Positions 1 through 12,866 of a stretch of 43,233 bases of DNA are shown in pieces. The notes under the pieces were generated by a model. It worked only from the letters and a program-made list of their open reading frames with translations, made no database searches and was not told where the DNA came from. Position 1 is the stretch's first letter. Every line of letters begins with the position of its first letter. The position numbers were made by a program, and so were the translations under genes. This DNA is from an uncultured Nitrososphaeraceae archaeon (GTDB lineage Archaea; Thermoproteota; Nitrososphaeria; Nitrososphaerales; Nitrososphaeraceae), in contig CAVXZB010000001.1 in assembly GCA_963765895.1 (NCBI GenBank), positions 1 to 43,233 on the forward strand, written 5' to 3'.

Positions 1-181
1 TCCTCTCCCACCACTTCTAGTCCAATAGGGACACGCCAATCATCTAATGAATATGGTAATAGTGGAGAAAATATGCTTTCCATTTCTCTTCTAAAGTTCT
101 CGAATATATCATCCATACTTGGCCTCGTTAGAGCCCGAGTTCTTTCCTATTGATACTATCTAGTTTTTCAGACTTTGACAT
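1..181 (-). CDS. N-terminal part of a probable Hsp20/alpha-crystallin family protein (runs off window, frameshifted)
   Basis: Minus strand reads MSKSEKLDSINRKELGL.../...RPSMDDIFENFRREMESIF. The 'MDDIFENFRREME' segment resembles small heat-shock protein N-termini. The core domain is not in the window. Confidence 0.4.
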
Positions 182-664
182 AATTTAATATAATTTATGA
201 ATCGTTACTATTTGAAAAGTTTGAGCGCACTGCGTTGCAATGACATACTACACAAGTGTAATATTATCTATTCTTTAAAGCATTTGGAGTCCACACGCCT
301 AGGTATAGGTGAGAAATACAGATTCAAATAATTTCTAATTTCTCTTGAAAGGGTTTGAACTATGGTCATAATGCTTGATATCCGGATCGATTAAGTCATT
401 AATCGGATGTACCATGACCAGGTACATTAAATTTAGGATTGTAATGCATAACCAATACATAATATCACATCCTATCATGGTCTAATCTGCAATATATTAA
501 AATTTTTGACTATCAAAGTCAATAAAGAATTAGAATGGAAAATGTATTCAAATGCGCTCAAAATATGAAGATAGTAGATAAGATTTATCGCAAAGTTAAT
601 AAAATAGTTTAAGGGGCTTTTGCCATTTTCCTACCATGAAATAAAATCATCTGCAAAGGAGCCT

Positions 665-1130
665 GAGTAGCTGATATGACCAGTGTCAGATGATTACGAG
701 GCAGACTTGACTGTTGATAATCCAAACCTCCAGACATTCATTGTTGTATAGTTTGGATTAACATCTCATTCTCTTTTGCTTTCTTCTTAAGGTTAGTCAT
801 ATCAACTGAAATTCAAAGTATTGAACTCAAGCATTCTAAAATGGTTTTGGAAGCTTTGGCATCAACAACATAGCCTGATGTTTCTACCAAAATGCAGGTA
901 CCATGCATTTCATGAAGCTTTGCAACACCAATAATTAGGTCATTCATCCCTGCCACAATGCTACCATTATTCATTAGAATAATGTTTTTTTCGTTAAATA
1001 TATTTAACATGTCTATATCCGTTGCTGCTCCAAATATACGTTGGCTATCCACAAACACCCCGGTAACGATGCTGCCATAGCAAAAAATTTTTTGTATTAA
1101 ACTTTCAGCATATTATTGCCGAACTTTGAT
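665..1130 (-). pseudogene. PAC2 family (proteasome assembly chaperone) remnant
   Basis: ORF 813..1058 has GSIVAGMNDLIIGVAKLHEMHGTCILVETSGYVVDAKASKTILECL, matching the PAC2 'G.cllgETsGy..Da.As..il' motif. It continues in another frame (VDMTNLKKKAKENEMLIQTI). The N-terminus is missing. Confidence 0.6.
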
Positions 1131-1172
1131 AAACTTGTTATAATATAGACAGAATATCTAAAAATTAACTAT

Positions 1173-1445
1173 TTATACATTTTCTGTGCCGGCTAATCGA
1201 GCTCGTTCTTTCCACATTTCTTCAGTACAAATATCAACTATATGATCATAATATGAACTTTCACTATGCTGAGGGCTAGAATCTGGAGCATAGAGTCCTG
1301 ACTGCCTTCCTACTAGATAGTCGATATATTTAACCATGGTAGATTGGTCATTATGCAAGTTGTGTATATGACGTTTTACACTGCTTTTTTGAGAAGACCA
1401 CATGCCACAAGCTGTACACACCCAATTAGGTTTCGATGCCTTCAT
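1173..1445 (-). CDS. C2H2-type zinc-finger protein
   Basis: WVCTACGMWSSQKSSVKRHIHNLH = C-x2-C-x12-H-x4-H. The ATG at 1445 (MKASK) is preferred over the GTG at 1481. Confidence 0.7.
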   Translation of the reverse strand: MKASKPNWVCTACGMWSSQKSSVKRHIHNLHNDQSTMVKYIDYLVGRQSGLYAPDSSPQHSESSYYDHIVDICTEEMWKERARLAGTENV

Positions 1446-1817
1446 TAACTCACCTGTGTAACGCGGTGCAACACTGTGCACACATCAGATTAATCTAAGT
1501 GCGTCCATTTAAACTTTCTAAGATAATTCGATTCGATGGTTAACAAGCATTTTGTCTAAGCCCCCTTGTCATGTTACAATTGAGCAAGCCCTTTTTGGGG
1601 ATATTCTTGTCTACAATTTAAGTGGTCTAAAATTCAATGACTTGTCTTTGCATTATTTGAGAGATCAATTTGTAGAACGACTCATCAAGCTACGTCGAGA
1701 TGCTGTTACTTAGATTCGGGTATACTATAATAATACTCTAAATTACCTACAAAATCAAAGCCATAAAGTCCACTCCAAGCGTGTTTAATAAGAGGAATCA
1801 ACTAAGCATATCGATAA

Positions 1818-3456
1818 ATGTTTTCTAAAATTGCTGATGTAGTGACTACTCTATCCAAAATAAAAGATAACGCAATAATTGCAATTTCGGGATTTAATAT
1901 GGCTACTACTCCAGAATACTTAATTCTTGAACTTTATAGACAATATATTGAAGGAGGACATCCAAAAAATATATTTATAATTTCAGACGCTCTCCCTGCC
2001 AGTCCTGGAAGAGCATTAGACCAAATAGCAGAAAAATTATTCAAAGAACCAAATCAGGAATTTCTTAGAGGTATTTTGATGCCGTTCTTGGGCTTTTCAC
2101 CATGGCTACAGAAGCTTGTAGCAGATAACAGAATAGAATGTTATGGATGGCCAATAGGGATCACCGCATACTGGTTTAGAGAGATATCAGCTGGAAGACC
2201 CGGCCTATTGACGAAGATAGGTGTAGACACGTTCCTAGATCCTAGGAAAGAAGGTGCAGTATTAAATGAACATGCAAAAAAGAATCTTTCATGCAGAGTT
2301 AGTGTACTTGATATTGAGGGAATAGACTACCTTCTATACCAGGCTCCAAAGCCAGAATTTGCTTTGATTAGGGCTTCTATATCTGATGAGAATGGTAATC
2401 TGTCATTGCAGGATGAGGGAATAAGAGGTACTGTTCTTAGTATCGCTCAAGCCGTTAAGGCAAGACCACGCCAGGGTGCAGTTGTAGCTCAGATCAGATG
2501 GATCACAAAAGCTGGTACGATGAATCCAAGGGATGTAGACGTGCCTGGTCCTTTGATAAATAACGTTGTAATTGCCCCAAAAGAATATCACTGGCAGAGT
2601 GCCACCATAGAGTATGATCCTAGGATCTCGTATAAGGTTATGCCTCCTATAACTGAAAACCTATTGAATGGCATCACTAAAACAACCTTGAAGGTCGATG
2701 AAAAAATAATATCCAGGAGGATCTTGTTGGAGTTGTTAAGATTATTCCAAGATAAACGAGATACAGTATTAGTCAATCTAGGAATAGGAATTCCAGCTTT
2801 GATCTCATTAGTTGCCACTCAGGAAGGTGTAACAGAAGTAATCGTACCAGTCCTTGAATCAGGTCCTTGGGGCGGTGTTGCTTTATCTGGAGATGACTTC
2901 GGATTAGCAGTAAGTCCTTTTGCACTCTCATCCATACCTGATGTATTCTCTAACTTCGAGGGTGGAATAATTGATGCCGCATCTCTTGGCTTTCTACAAG
3001 TCGATAAAAAAGGAAGTGTAAATCCATTTTATGCTCCCAAGAAGGATCTTTGGACCAGGCGGATTTCCAGTGATAGCCGGAGGGGTGCCTAGAATTTATT
3101 TTGCTGGCACCTTCACTACAGGAGGAACCGAATTTAGCATCTCAAGGAATAAGGTGAAAATAGTGCGCGAGGGTAAAATATCAAAATTCATTGAGAGCGT
3201 ATTTATGGTCGCATTTAGTGGACAGCAGGCTATAAAATATGGCCAAGAAATTCTCTATGTTACAGAGAGAGCGGTTTTTAGATTAACTAAAGACGGAATA
3301 GCTCTTGAAGAAGTTGCTCCTGGAATTGACATTGACAAAGATATAATACCTTATATGAGTTTTGAGCCGATTATACGAGGATCGGTAGGAGAAATGGATA
3401 ATAGAATCTTTAGTGAATCAATAATGGGTATTAGAGATGAGATCGCGCAAATATGA
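1818..3456 (+). CDS. Acyl-CoA:acetate/propionate CoA-transferase (YdiF-like, fused alpha/beta), one frameshift near 3030
   Basis: Motifs GRPGLLTKIGVDTFLDPR, DENGNLS, VNLGIGIP, ESG (catalytic Glu), LGFLQVDKKGSVN, then GPGGF and YVTERAVFRLTKDGIALEEVAPGID in the second frame. The break is at the T-run ccattttatg. Confidence 0.9.
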
Positions 3457-3978
3457 GACATGGTCTTAAAATCTCTTTAAGTAGTACGTAGATCTCAAGT
3501 ATACTAAAAGTACTCATTTAATTAGAATTGACTGAAATATTTAGTGAACATTCACTTTAAGTTTTTATCTACCCGCTTAATTTGCTGAAGGGGCTCATGA
3601 ATTGTTACATCACAAGAAAATAGATCAAGGCCTTCGATGTGTTTTTATTCTCTATAACCCTAAATATTCGAACACTGTGTACTTATAGTATAGTCATTTT
3701 TCTCTTGCGCCTTATGCGATTACTAACCGTCTTCAAATTTACTGCCGTATTGCAGGTCGTAATAACTAACCAGCAAAAATGCAGTGCATTACACTTTTTG
3801 TTTATTCAATGTTAAGTGCAAAGAAGAAATTTAACCGTATTAAGGTATATTTTGAACAATGCAGCAGAATACATCTACATTATAATTATTGATCATATTA
3901 ATATGTTGTTAATGTCTGCACTGCTCTGCATTGGAGTCTTAGATTACAAATAGTAGCTTTTAGTTAAGAGTGTAACCG

Positions 3979-4218
3979 ATGAGTAGAAACAATACTGGTT
4001 CAGAGTCAATATCTATATCTAGTATTATGGTTTCGGATTTGAAAACAGCTAAGGAAACTCAATGTATACAAGAAATTTATAGAACGATGATTGAAAATAA
4101 AGTTGTGAGTATCATTATTTTGGAAGATAGTACCTTTAATACTGAAGGCAACAGATCGCGAGATATTGTTACAGGTAGAGATATTGTTACTAAATCAAAA
4201 AATACTAGATGCTCTTAG
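3979..4218 (+). pseudogene. Truncated CBS-domain protein
   Basis: ISSIM...MIENKVVSIII...DIVTGRDIV resembles one degenerate CBS repeat, followed by an early stop. Confidence 0.5.
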
Positions 4219-4226
4219 CATCTTAG

Positions 4227-4637
4227 TTATTCAAGTCCACCATAAGTACAGATTGATATAAGACGCGATAACCACATTATATATATTCTGTAAACAAGAT
4301 ACCCAGGATCATAAACTGATTCATATGAATGCATTTCCATTCCAGATGATTTATCAATATTGCACGGGGTTTCATGGTACTTCTTTTTCTTTATCTCCCT
4401 CTCCTTCTCAATTTGTAGAACTCGCAACAGAGTCTCAAGACTAGTTCTATCATCAATGATTTTTTTAGTTTCTAAATCAAAAATTATCCCTCTTTCCTTG
4501 AATATCTCAAGTAATAATCGTCTCTTGTGCTCACTATTATCTTGAATTTCTTTTGTAGATTGAATTACTGTGCCTTCTTGCATATATGAATTAATATACT
4601 GAGGGTATGTAAAATATTGGTCTGCAATGCAATTCAC
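4227..4637 (-). CDS. Hypothetical protein
   Basis: Open frame with plausible charged composition. No recognisable motif and uncertain start. Confidence 0.35.
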   Translation of the reverse strand: MNCIADQYFTYPQYINSYMQEGTVIQSTKEIQDNSEHKRRLLLEIFKERGIIFDLETKKIIDDRTSLETLLRVLQIEKEREIKKKKYHETPCNIDKSSGMEMHSYESVYDPGYLVYRIYIMWLSRLISICTYGGLE

Positions 4638-5541
4638 TGCATACCATCAAATACTAAGACACTAAAACATTCCCTGCCTTTTTGTCTGTAATAGTACATA
4701 GTATGGGGCAGATGATGAGTGTTATAATGTATAATAATGCACTACTGCTACGTGGTTTCGTGCAGACGTAGACAAAATACACAATTACACTAAATGATAA
4801 GAGTTCGGGTAACAGCATATTCAGAAGTCCACAGTTTCTATTCAATAATGCTACACAACCTTTGAAATTTAATGAGACTGGCATCTTTGAAATTTTTGAG
4901 AATCTAAATAAGGATGTACCAAATTTCGTCATGATTGAGACGCTAACAGTTGCAAATCAACCTCATTCCTTAATCTCTGTCAGTAAAGAGAATTCCACAT
5001 CTGCCTTAATAGCCAAGCTTGGCGCCACTTATATTGATACTATTGATACTATTAGAACTTGTATGGTTCCTGCAAAAGACCTTAGTAAAGATATTGCCGC
5101 ATTGACAAATAGAGGATTATATGTTGACAGTACATTTACATACAAAGACGCACGAAGAGGCCAGAGAGGTACTGGCCTGAGCAGATATTAATAGTATGGT
5201 CTAAGTTCACACATGCCTCTAAACAAAGTAATATTGGCCGCTAAAAGGAATAACTCCCATCCTCCCATATAGCTAAATGGGACACATAATTTTTTCACAC
5301 TCAATTAGCCCACCTTTTTCGAAAATAAAATATGGCATACATTGTAACACATGTAGCTGCTTCTAATAGAATATCCTGGTTATCAAAATTGATTATCTCA
5401 TTCTTAAAGTAATTGAATATCCTAGTATAAAGTTACAGCACTAATTTCCTTAAATCTAATATAATAAGCAGTAGTCAAAAATGTAGTCCTACGAAATATC
5501 ATCATAGCCGTCATAACAGTGCAATTATTCTATGGTCAGGT

Positions 5542-5838
5542 GTGACCATTTTTTTCGTACTCTTGTTAACAGGTGTATTATTGCCAAAAGGATTTCAAAT
5601 AAATGAAGCTACCGCTAAAACGTGTACTAACGAGAATATTGGTCAAGCGACGACATCGTCATGTGGATCGCAAGTAGAATCAATCACGTTTATTTTGTCC
5701 TCCCCAGGCAACTATGCAAAGATAAAAGCAAACGCCGGAGATATATTAACGACACATGCAAACTCGAAAAGTTCTAATTCTGGAGGTAATGGCAGAGGTT
5801 CACAAAATGACATCCCATTTACTCTACCTTTCCCATAG
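5542..5838 (+). CDS. Small secreted protein
   Basis: Hydrophobic N-terminus, a Cys pair, a Ser/Gly/Asn-rich linker and a C-terminal DIPFTLPFP tail. Confidence 0.5.
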   Translation: MTIFFVLLLTGVLLPKGFQINEATAKTCTNENIGQATTSSCGSQVESITFILSSPGNYAKIKANAGDILTTHANSKSSNSGGNGRGSQNDIPFTLPFP

Positions 5839-6804
5839 ATATTAAAGTAATTTGTGAGTATGAATCTCTCTTTTGATATAGCTACAAATTCTGGTTATAT
5901 CTTAACGCTATTTGCCGGAACTTCCTTTCATACTATTTGATAACTTCGATTAGCGTAATCTCACTATAATGGATTATGTTATTATTTTGATTTTGATACT
6001 TCGGACTTCTGTATTTCCAATTTTGGCCTAGAGTCATAGGCGGATGGATGTCTCGCTCGCGGAGTAGGCATTGGTACTATGAATTAGTCCAAGTAAGTTT
6101 AAAAATGCAACTGCATAAGAAATTAGAAGCTACAGCCTGATTCGTTTTACCAGATTTGGAGAGCACCTGATCTTACCAAATTCCATTGGTATCAGAATGC
6201 ATCTGATAAATATAGCATGACTGCAGGCTGCAACTTGGTTTGTTGGTGGATAATCATGCCATATAACTAATATTTAAGTTGAATGACTGCAAAGCAGTGC
6301 AAAGCAGTCAGTCATTCATATAGTAGTCCTCTTTTAAATTCAGATTATCTATATGTTACTACAGATAGATAAATGTATCATGCTTAAAATCATGGGATTA
6401 CATGGTCACTACTTAAATATAGTTTAGAGGATAAACACAAAAACACTTTGTTGGGCAAGGTCAATATTCTTACATGGCTATGTTAGTACAGGATCACTTA
6501 CTATTCCCACACTGATTAAAGGTCTTTAGTCATCAGATAAGTATTGGCTTAGCAATGGTTGGCAAATATAGAGTTGTCAATTAAGCAGATAAGTTTCACT
6601 GTTTGTACCATCAAAAGGATTATGAATTCCATTTCAAGTCTAACCGTCAAAAAGCACAGTTACTTGATTGCTATGGCCGGGTCCATCTTGGTTATGGATG
6701 GCACAAATAATAGGTGCAATGCACTATCTGGCAAAGTACACGAAACAGATTTGTAGTAATTCGCACCAATTGTAGTGTGAGAAGTATGAAAAGGTGACAC
6801 TCCA

Positions 6805-7302
6805 GTGAGAATACAATCATCCAACAATTCCCGTATTCTTGACAAGCTAGATTACCAGATAATTAATCTTATGACATTAGGTTTTGAGAATAAAGCAATT
6901 GCCAATGAGTTAAAAATACCATTGAGCACAATGCAAAGAAGAACAAGACTTTTACTACGGTCTGGATACGTTAGCCACATATTTCAACTCAACTACAAGA
7001 AATTGGGATTAAAGAAAGGCCTACTTCATGTATATTTGCGTACTGGTAATATGAAAAAAATTGCTGACGATCTACTTTCTAGCGATGGTATAATGTCTGT
7101 TGGAGTTCATGTCGGAAACTCCGATATAGTTGCAGAATTTGTACATGAAGATACTGAACAGTTAGTGGATCTGATATCGTATGTAAAAGAGATGGATGAG
7201 GTAGAGAGGGTTCTGTGGTCTGAAGAAGTTTATCTGCTTGCTGGAAAAAAAGATAGTAGGACTTCAGTCTTGAAGAGAATAATTAATAGGAAGTTATCAT
7301 AA
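6805..7302 (+). CDS. Lrp/AsnC family transcriptional regulator
   Basis: LDKLDYQIINLM...NKAIANELKIPLSTMQRRTRLL (HTH), followed by a RAM-like domain with VHVGNSDIVAEF. Confidence 0.85.
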   Translation: MRIQSSNNSRILDKLDYQIINLMTLGFENKAIANELKIPLSTMQRRTRLLLRSGYVSHIFQLNYKKLGLKKGLLHVYLRTGNMKKIADDLLSSDGIMSVGVHVGNSDIVAEFVHEDTEQLVDLISYVKEMDEVERVLWSEEVYLLAGKKDSRTSVLKRIINRKLS

Positions 7303-8520
7303 ATCGGTCCATCTAAAGATGAGTTATAAACATCCCAATTTATTGAACACAAGTAAGAGTATTGTACTAAGCACGAATACTAGACCTATATATAGTAACT
7401 CAATTACCAATTAGTGACTAATGACTAATGACAGTAATATGCAGCACTACAATCAGTAAGGAGTGTTTGCCAGCATGACCACTAATACTTCTGCTAGCCT
7501 TACACAAGGGTAAAAAAAGCGCAGTCAGTTCAATCACTAGTCGGTCAAGCTACAATTCATTAGTCGTCTCTTTGCGATACTCGCCAGTTGGTCCATCTAC
7601 AGGTTAATCTTGAGATATTACTATACAACAATGGGACCATATAAAATAAAAATATAGTTGCAATATGATACTCGTGACAAGTCTCTATGTCGACCAGCCT
7701 CACCTAGATGCTAATGTAAGCTGTTTTGTAGACATCCGCTACTAGTGGCGGATCATTCCAAGACATAAAATGCCTCATCTTCCATCGAATGCTTATGAAG
7801 TGAGGGTCAGTTATTAGGAGCTGCTGCTTCAATTTCCCGCACACTATATCTCACCTTCGTTTCATCTCTGCTGATCTTTACTGTATAAATATCGCCCAAG
7901 AACCAAAAGCTTTTCATCTTAGTTTGTTAAGAGGCGAACAACTACTATCTAATCCAGTAGACTCCGTTTCACGTGATATTTATTATTGTTGTTCTCTGGG
8001 ACTTGTGTTGTCTGCCGATGGATAAGTCAGATTCCTGCTGTTTTTCCCTTGCATTCTAAGCACTCAATTTAACATCAAGAACCCAAGATTATTTTCAACT
8101 AAAGGATGCAACGTGGATAATCAAGTAACACTATCCGACTATGAAAAACTTAGAAGCTGGTGAATTAGGCTACAAATGATAATTTTGTTGCACATATACC
8201 AACTCACTTTAGAGAATTTTTATGTGGACTTACATCTTCTATAAATATTGCTGTTATAATAACAGCTTCGTAAGAGTACATTGCAATTAGCAACCTTTTA
8301 TTGAAGTCAGAGAAATAGAGTCGTGAGCCATTCACTTGTAATTTTGTTGTCTGTTTTTACTAGTTACCTCTATTGCAATAACAACAACGGCCCCAACTGT
8401 GTTAGCAACCAAGCATCAGAAAAATGCTAGCAACGACGAGAAGAGCAATATTAGTGGGGTAGTACTACCAGTAGTAGCGATAATGATAATGATAAGTCTA
8501 GTTCACACAAGAATAAGGCC

Positions 8521-8745
8521 ATGTCTAGCAATCCAGACCCTGATCACGATAGAGACATGAACTACAAGGCTTTGAATAGTTCCACATCTAACAGTACAGT
8601 ATCCCCAAACAGCGGCACAACCTCAACGACTACACCAACAAAACCAGTAGAATATAATGGGGAAGCAATTAAAGGCGGACCTATCGGAATATGTTCAGTA
8701 GGAGTAAAATCACCTTGCAATGGGCCAGCATTTGACCATCCATGA
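8521..8745 (+). CDS. Hypothetical Ser/Thr-rich protein, probably the C-terminal part of a frameshifted secreted protein starting near 8320
   Basis: Low-complexity S/T stretch and C-terminal CSVGVKSPCNG. A hydrophobic signal-like segment lies upstream in another frame. Confidence 0.35.
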   Translation: MSSNPDPDHDRDMNYKALNSSTSNSTVSPNSGTTSTTTPTKPVEYNGEAIKGGPIGICSVGVKSPCNGPAFDHP

Positions 8746-9179
8746 GAACAATAATTCACTGTCCACCGCCACCACGTTAAGAGGTTAAAATCTACAAACC
8801 AACCCTTTAAAATGCAGTTTAGCTACCAAACTATCTAAACTCATTGAAACAACGTATTTTAAATATCTGAGATTGATTTACTCTTCATCTGTGAAATTCT
8901 TCATCTGTATTAGACCTTGCTGCCTGAGACTACCTAATTTTTCCTAGTTCATAAAAAGCATTATTCTAGTTTCCTGTTAGATCGTATTGTCTGTTCTTTC
9001 ACCGCTTGCAATTGGGCTCCTTACGCTGCTCGCTAGATCGCTAATCTATGGCTTCTTACAGACGACCGGCTTCCATCATACTCGGATGTTACAAGAGTTA
9101 TTGATGAGATAACATACCGATGCACATTTTAGTATTTAGAGCATTTTTAAATAAATTATTTATGTAGTATAGTGTAGTT

Positions 9180-9550
9180 TTAACTTGTTAACTCATTTAT
9201 TATCTTTATCAGCTCTTCATTTTCAATTGGTTTTTGAATAAATTGATTTTCCTTTAGATCACTTAAAACATCTTTAAATGCTTTATAGTTAAATTTACTT
9301 GCTGTTAAAAACATACCTTAACTTTATTATCTATCTTTTTGATTTCTTTATATAATTCTACGCCATTCATTTTTTCCATTTTGATATCAATAATCAAAAG
9401 ATCGTACATTTCCTTTCTAAAATTCTCCAATGCCAAAAGAGGATCATCAAACGTATGAACTACAAATCTCTCGCCTTCCAAAACATTTGCTAATGTTAAA
9501 CAAATATCAGATTCATCATCTACAACCAAGATTTTCTTCATTTTAAGCAT
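9180..9550 (-). CDS. Stand-alone response regulator receiver (CheY-like), frameshift near 9307
   Basis: KILVVDDE...DLLIIDIKMEKMNGVEL...KVCF, continuing in another frame as LTAS...FIQKPIENEELIKII and stopping at 9180. Confidence 0.85.
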
Positions 9551-9899
9551 AGTCGATCAGTTTCCAAAGGCGAATAACTATCGATTATCCTTGATGAATT
9601 ATTTATAAAAAGTCTAGGATTCTTGAGAGGTACAGTGCAATCATATTATTGCAGTTTCTGATGAATTTCCATTCTTGCAAGTGATATTAGAATTGAGTAT
9701 TTTTTCACAATTATTCTCTAATAAATCCTCCCAGCTAACCAACTTGGCAAAGATATTTCTGAATTAGAGAGTCAATCTTTTGGAATTAACAACCAATATT
9801 CATTCATAAGTTTGTGTGGTAGGGATTCAACAGGTGAAGGAAGACAAACATCGAATGCTTCTGGTACTGATAAGTTTTGGTAAAGGCTTAAATGAAGTA

Positions 9900-10310
9900 G
9901 TATCCGCTCTGAACAAGATAGCATCTACAATGCCACATAGGAATTTTGTAGATGCCTTTAGCGAATCTCCTTTTTCAAAGGTTACCAGCGCATTAACAAC
10001 TTTCATACTGAAGCAACTGCTGCAGTTTTTTTTGTTCTCATGATTATGATTACCGTCCACATTAGACCTATTTTTTATATCTAATATATTTTTCGATTAC
10101 AATGTGATATTGCAGCTCATTATTGGCCATGATCTTGATTCTTAGAAAAGACTCAATAACCTGCTTGCCGCTTACCCCTCCTCTTAATTTGCTGAATGGT
10201 TCATAAACTATTGCATCAGGAGAAAACAGATTCATCAGGCGTTCAATATATTTATTCCTGATGAGTTCAAAGTATTCAAACACCATGTCTTCATCATTAT
10301 CGTATAGCAT
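9900..10310 (-). CDS. SnoaL/NTF2-like protein (interrupted); 3' boundary approximate
   Basis: YFELI...LMNLFSPDAIVYEPFS...GKQVIESFL is a SnoaL-like signature. The C-terminal strands (VVNALVTFEKGDSLKA) are in ORF 9827..10060. Confidence 0.6.
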
Positions 10311-10585
10311 CTTTTTGTCCTTCCTTACGATATTTCTAGCAGTCTTCAAAACTACTACCATATTATAGCTTGTGATAATTAGCTGGCAAGAATGCAGTGA
10401 GGTACATCTTTTTGTCGTTTAGGCAATATTATGTACACGATAAGATTGGTAGACGGCCAATCAATATACGGCAAGCTTTCAGATTATTGGCCCAGAAATA
10501 ATATATACATAGATCCTCATGATGAATTTCTGATGATAGGTACGTATCGCGTAGATAATAAAAGGAATAAATTTCCACGAACCCC

Positions 10586-10950
10586 TTGGATTTGACAGAT
10601 ATCCCAATCATAGATGCAGCAGCACATATTTTTAGACGACCATGTCTATTCGTAAATCCAACAGCTCAAATGTTACAAGTAGCGACATTTCTTGCTATAG
10701 GTCCTCAGATCTATGCAGATGGACTGATAGTAATCGACGATAAAAAGAAGCCTATCGGCAGAATTAGTAGCAAACATATTATCTCTAATATTGTAGATAT
10801 AGGATATCCAGAGTGTTTAGAATTAACTGCATTACAGATAATGGATGATTTTACTGAAAGTCTAGATAAGAATTCATCTTTAAGTGAAGTATTAGAGGTT
10901 TTCGACAAAACAAAATTTGCATTTATTCCTATAACGGAGATTAAACACGT
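10586..10950 (+). pseudogene. CBS-domain protein, 3'-truncated
   Basis: GLIVIDDKKKPIGRISSKHII...TALQIM...SLSEVLEVFDKTKFAFIPI. Similarity is lost after about 10945. Confidence 0.6.
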
Positions 10951-11357
10951 TCTAGTATGCCTTTTTTATTTTGAACGGGAATGTGTTTTCGGGTCCGAAA
11001 AGATACTCTGAGCTACTCTTTTTCTAAATACATTGGGTGGAAAAAAGCATTGGTTCAGAGATAACTCACTTATGACCACACTTATTACATGTTAGTGACA
11101 TGGAGTAACCTTGAACGCTGTAACCACCATAATGACGGATGACATTACTTCGTCTCTAATATTGTAACTCTCAAAGGTTTCAGTTTCACCCCAATAGAGT
11201 AATGATCTGCATGGAAACCTTTCCTTTTTCTTCTTGGTTTGACGCTACGAGTAGTCCACACATCTATTATCATGCCGGTATTACATTTTTCACATTGAAC
11301 GTAAATCTAAAATGATAAAAGAAACGAAAGTACCTTTTACATCTAGGCTCTAATTAT

Positions 11358-12147
11358 ATGCTGTCATATGGACTACTTACCAACCCTTCAATTGAATTAA
11401 TAAGCGAAATAACTAAAATATATGATCTAAATTTTGACTATGTGGAAATAGGTATAGAAAGCCCCGAGGGTAATCCAGACATAATTAATAAAAAGAATGA
11501 TAAGGATGTAATAAAAAAGCTGATTGAAAAATTCAAGCAAAAGCCTATTGCTCATACAGCCTATTGGTTTGATTTAGCTTCAGATTATGATTATGTTAGA
11601 CAAGCATGGATTCTTGAGGCATTAAGAGAAATTAAAACAGCAAGAAGACTAGGCATAGATCTAATAAATTTTCATGCTAACATAAATGGTATGTTTTATG
11701 AGGTAAAACGAAAAATAGTTTTGGATAACACGATTAAAAGTCTCAGAGAAATTGTTAGCCAAGCTAAAAAGCATAAAGTAGATGTAATGTTAGAAAATGT
11801 ACCTTTATCAAATGGAATACATAGTGTTGGTGAATTCAAATATATTATTGACAATGTTAATGGGCTATTTGTTCATCTAGATATTCCCCATGCTTTCACT
11901 TCAGGGGGAATGGCCTCAGTGATTGACTATATAAACACATTTGGAGACAAAATAATTCATATTCACTGGCATGATAACCATGGTCAGAAAGATGAACACC
12001 TACCTATAGGCGAAGGTTTCATAGACCATAAAATGACAATCAAAACACTAAAGGATATTGGTTACGATAAAACAATTACTTTAGAAGTTTTCACAAATAG
12101 TAACGATGCTAGAATCATCTGCAGATAAACTCAAAGCCATGTGGTAA
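11358..12147 (+). CDS. Sugar phosphate isomerase/epimerase family TIM-barrel protein (AP endonuclease 2-like)
   Basis: Metal-binding motifs MLEN, LDIPH, HIHWHDNHGQKDEHLPIGEG and ITLEV. A frameshift near 12112 gives the likely true end SADKLKAMW* at 12147. Confidence 0.85.
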
Positions 12148-12204
12148 GCTTACAATTAATACTTGCAATAAGAAACGGTAAATTCCGGATTAAGTCCTGT
12201 CGTT

Positions 12205-12548
12205 TGAATTTAAGATTCAAACTTGCTCAATTAGAAAATGCAAGCATTTAGAAAATGAGTTGGGATAAAGAATCATGCTCCATCCTACAGACTCATAATA
12301 CATCTCACCTTGACATTTCAAATATTCAATTTTAGTATGGTATAGTATGATATAATATTGTATAATGAGCGTGATTATATGCCTAATTTCTATATTGGTC
12401 TATTTTGCGGTATTTTCACAAGTGATAGGAAGTAAAAAGAAGGAATTGTTGCTGATTCCAATATGGAGATAGAAAAAATATGGATTTCTATCTATACTTA
12501 TTCTAGGTCAGGACATGGTATAAGTCAAAAGAGCTTGTTAGACTATCT
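12205..12548 (+). repeat. Dispersed repeat family, copy A
   Basis: Contains catcctacagactcataata, the invariant core TTTCAAATATTCAATTTTAGT (12316-12336), gtataatgagcgtga and ctgattccaata. Aligns by eye to 38480-38810 and 27251-27477. Confidence 0.9.
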
Positions 12549-12800
12549 ACAATGTCTACAGTCTCTTCGATATCTTTAGTAATATTCTCATCTACAGTTT
12601 CTGTGGTTACTGTAGATACTGTAGCTATTTTACATACCCTTATACCACGTACTCCTTTAGCAGTGTTAACAAACGCGTCTTCTATAATTATGCCTTTTGC
12701 TCTAAGATCTGTTTTAACCTCATTAATTCTTCTACTTAGCATAGCAGGTTATTAGGACACATTTTGTTAGTTGTATCAATCATCAAATTCTTCCTATTCT
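12503..12800 (-). pseudogene. 3' remnant of a plasmid/virus-type replication (primase/helicase-like) protein, with iteron-like repeats
   Basis: IDTTNKMCP..PAMLSRRINEVKTDLRAKGIII resembles the 'WPK.P..LSRRLNE.K..LR..GI.I' C-terminal motif of mobile-element replication ATPases. It ends in 9-bp repeats that translate as ATVSTVTT...TVDIVD. Confidence 0.5.
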
Positions 12801-12866
12801 AGATACGACAGCTATATGTCTCTAGTTATAACAAATTCTTGTATGATGTAGTTATTCATGTTGAAT

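Noticed and set aside
4654-5191. ORFs 4654..4932 and 4862..5191 (AKLGATYIDT faintly dehydrogenase-like)
   Set aside because: Similarity too weak, overlapping on opposite strands, and no supportable call.
10950-11310. Minus-strand CxxC fragments (CEKC, CNKC) truncating the CBS gene
   Set aside because: No intact frame, TIRs or transposase motifs, so it cannot be called as an IS.
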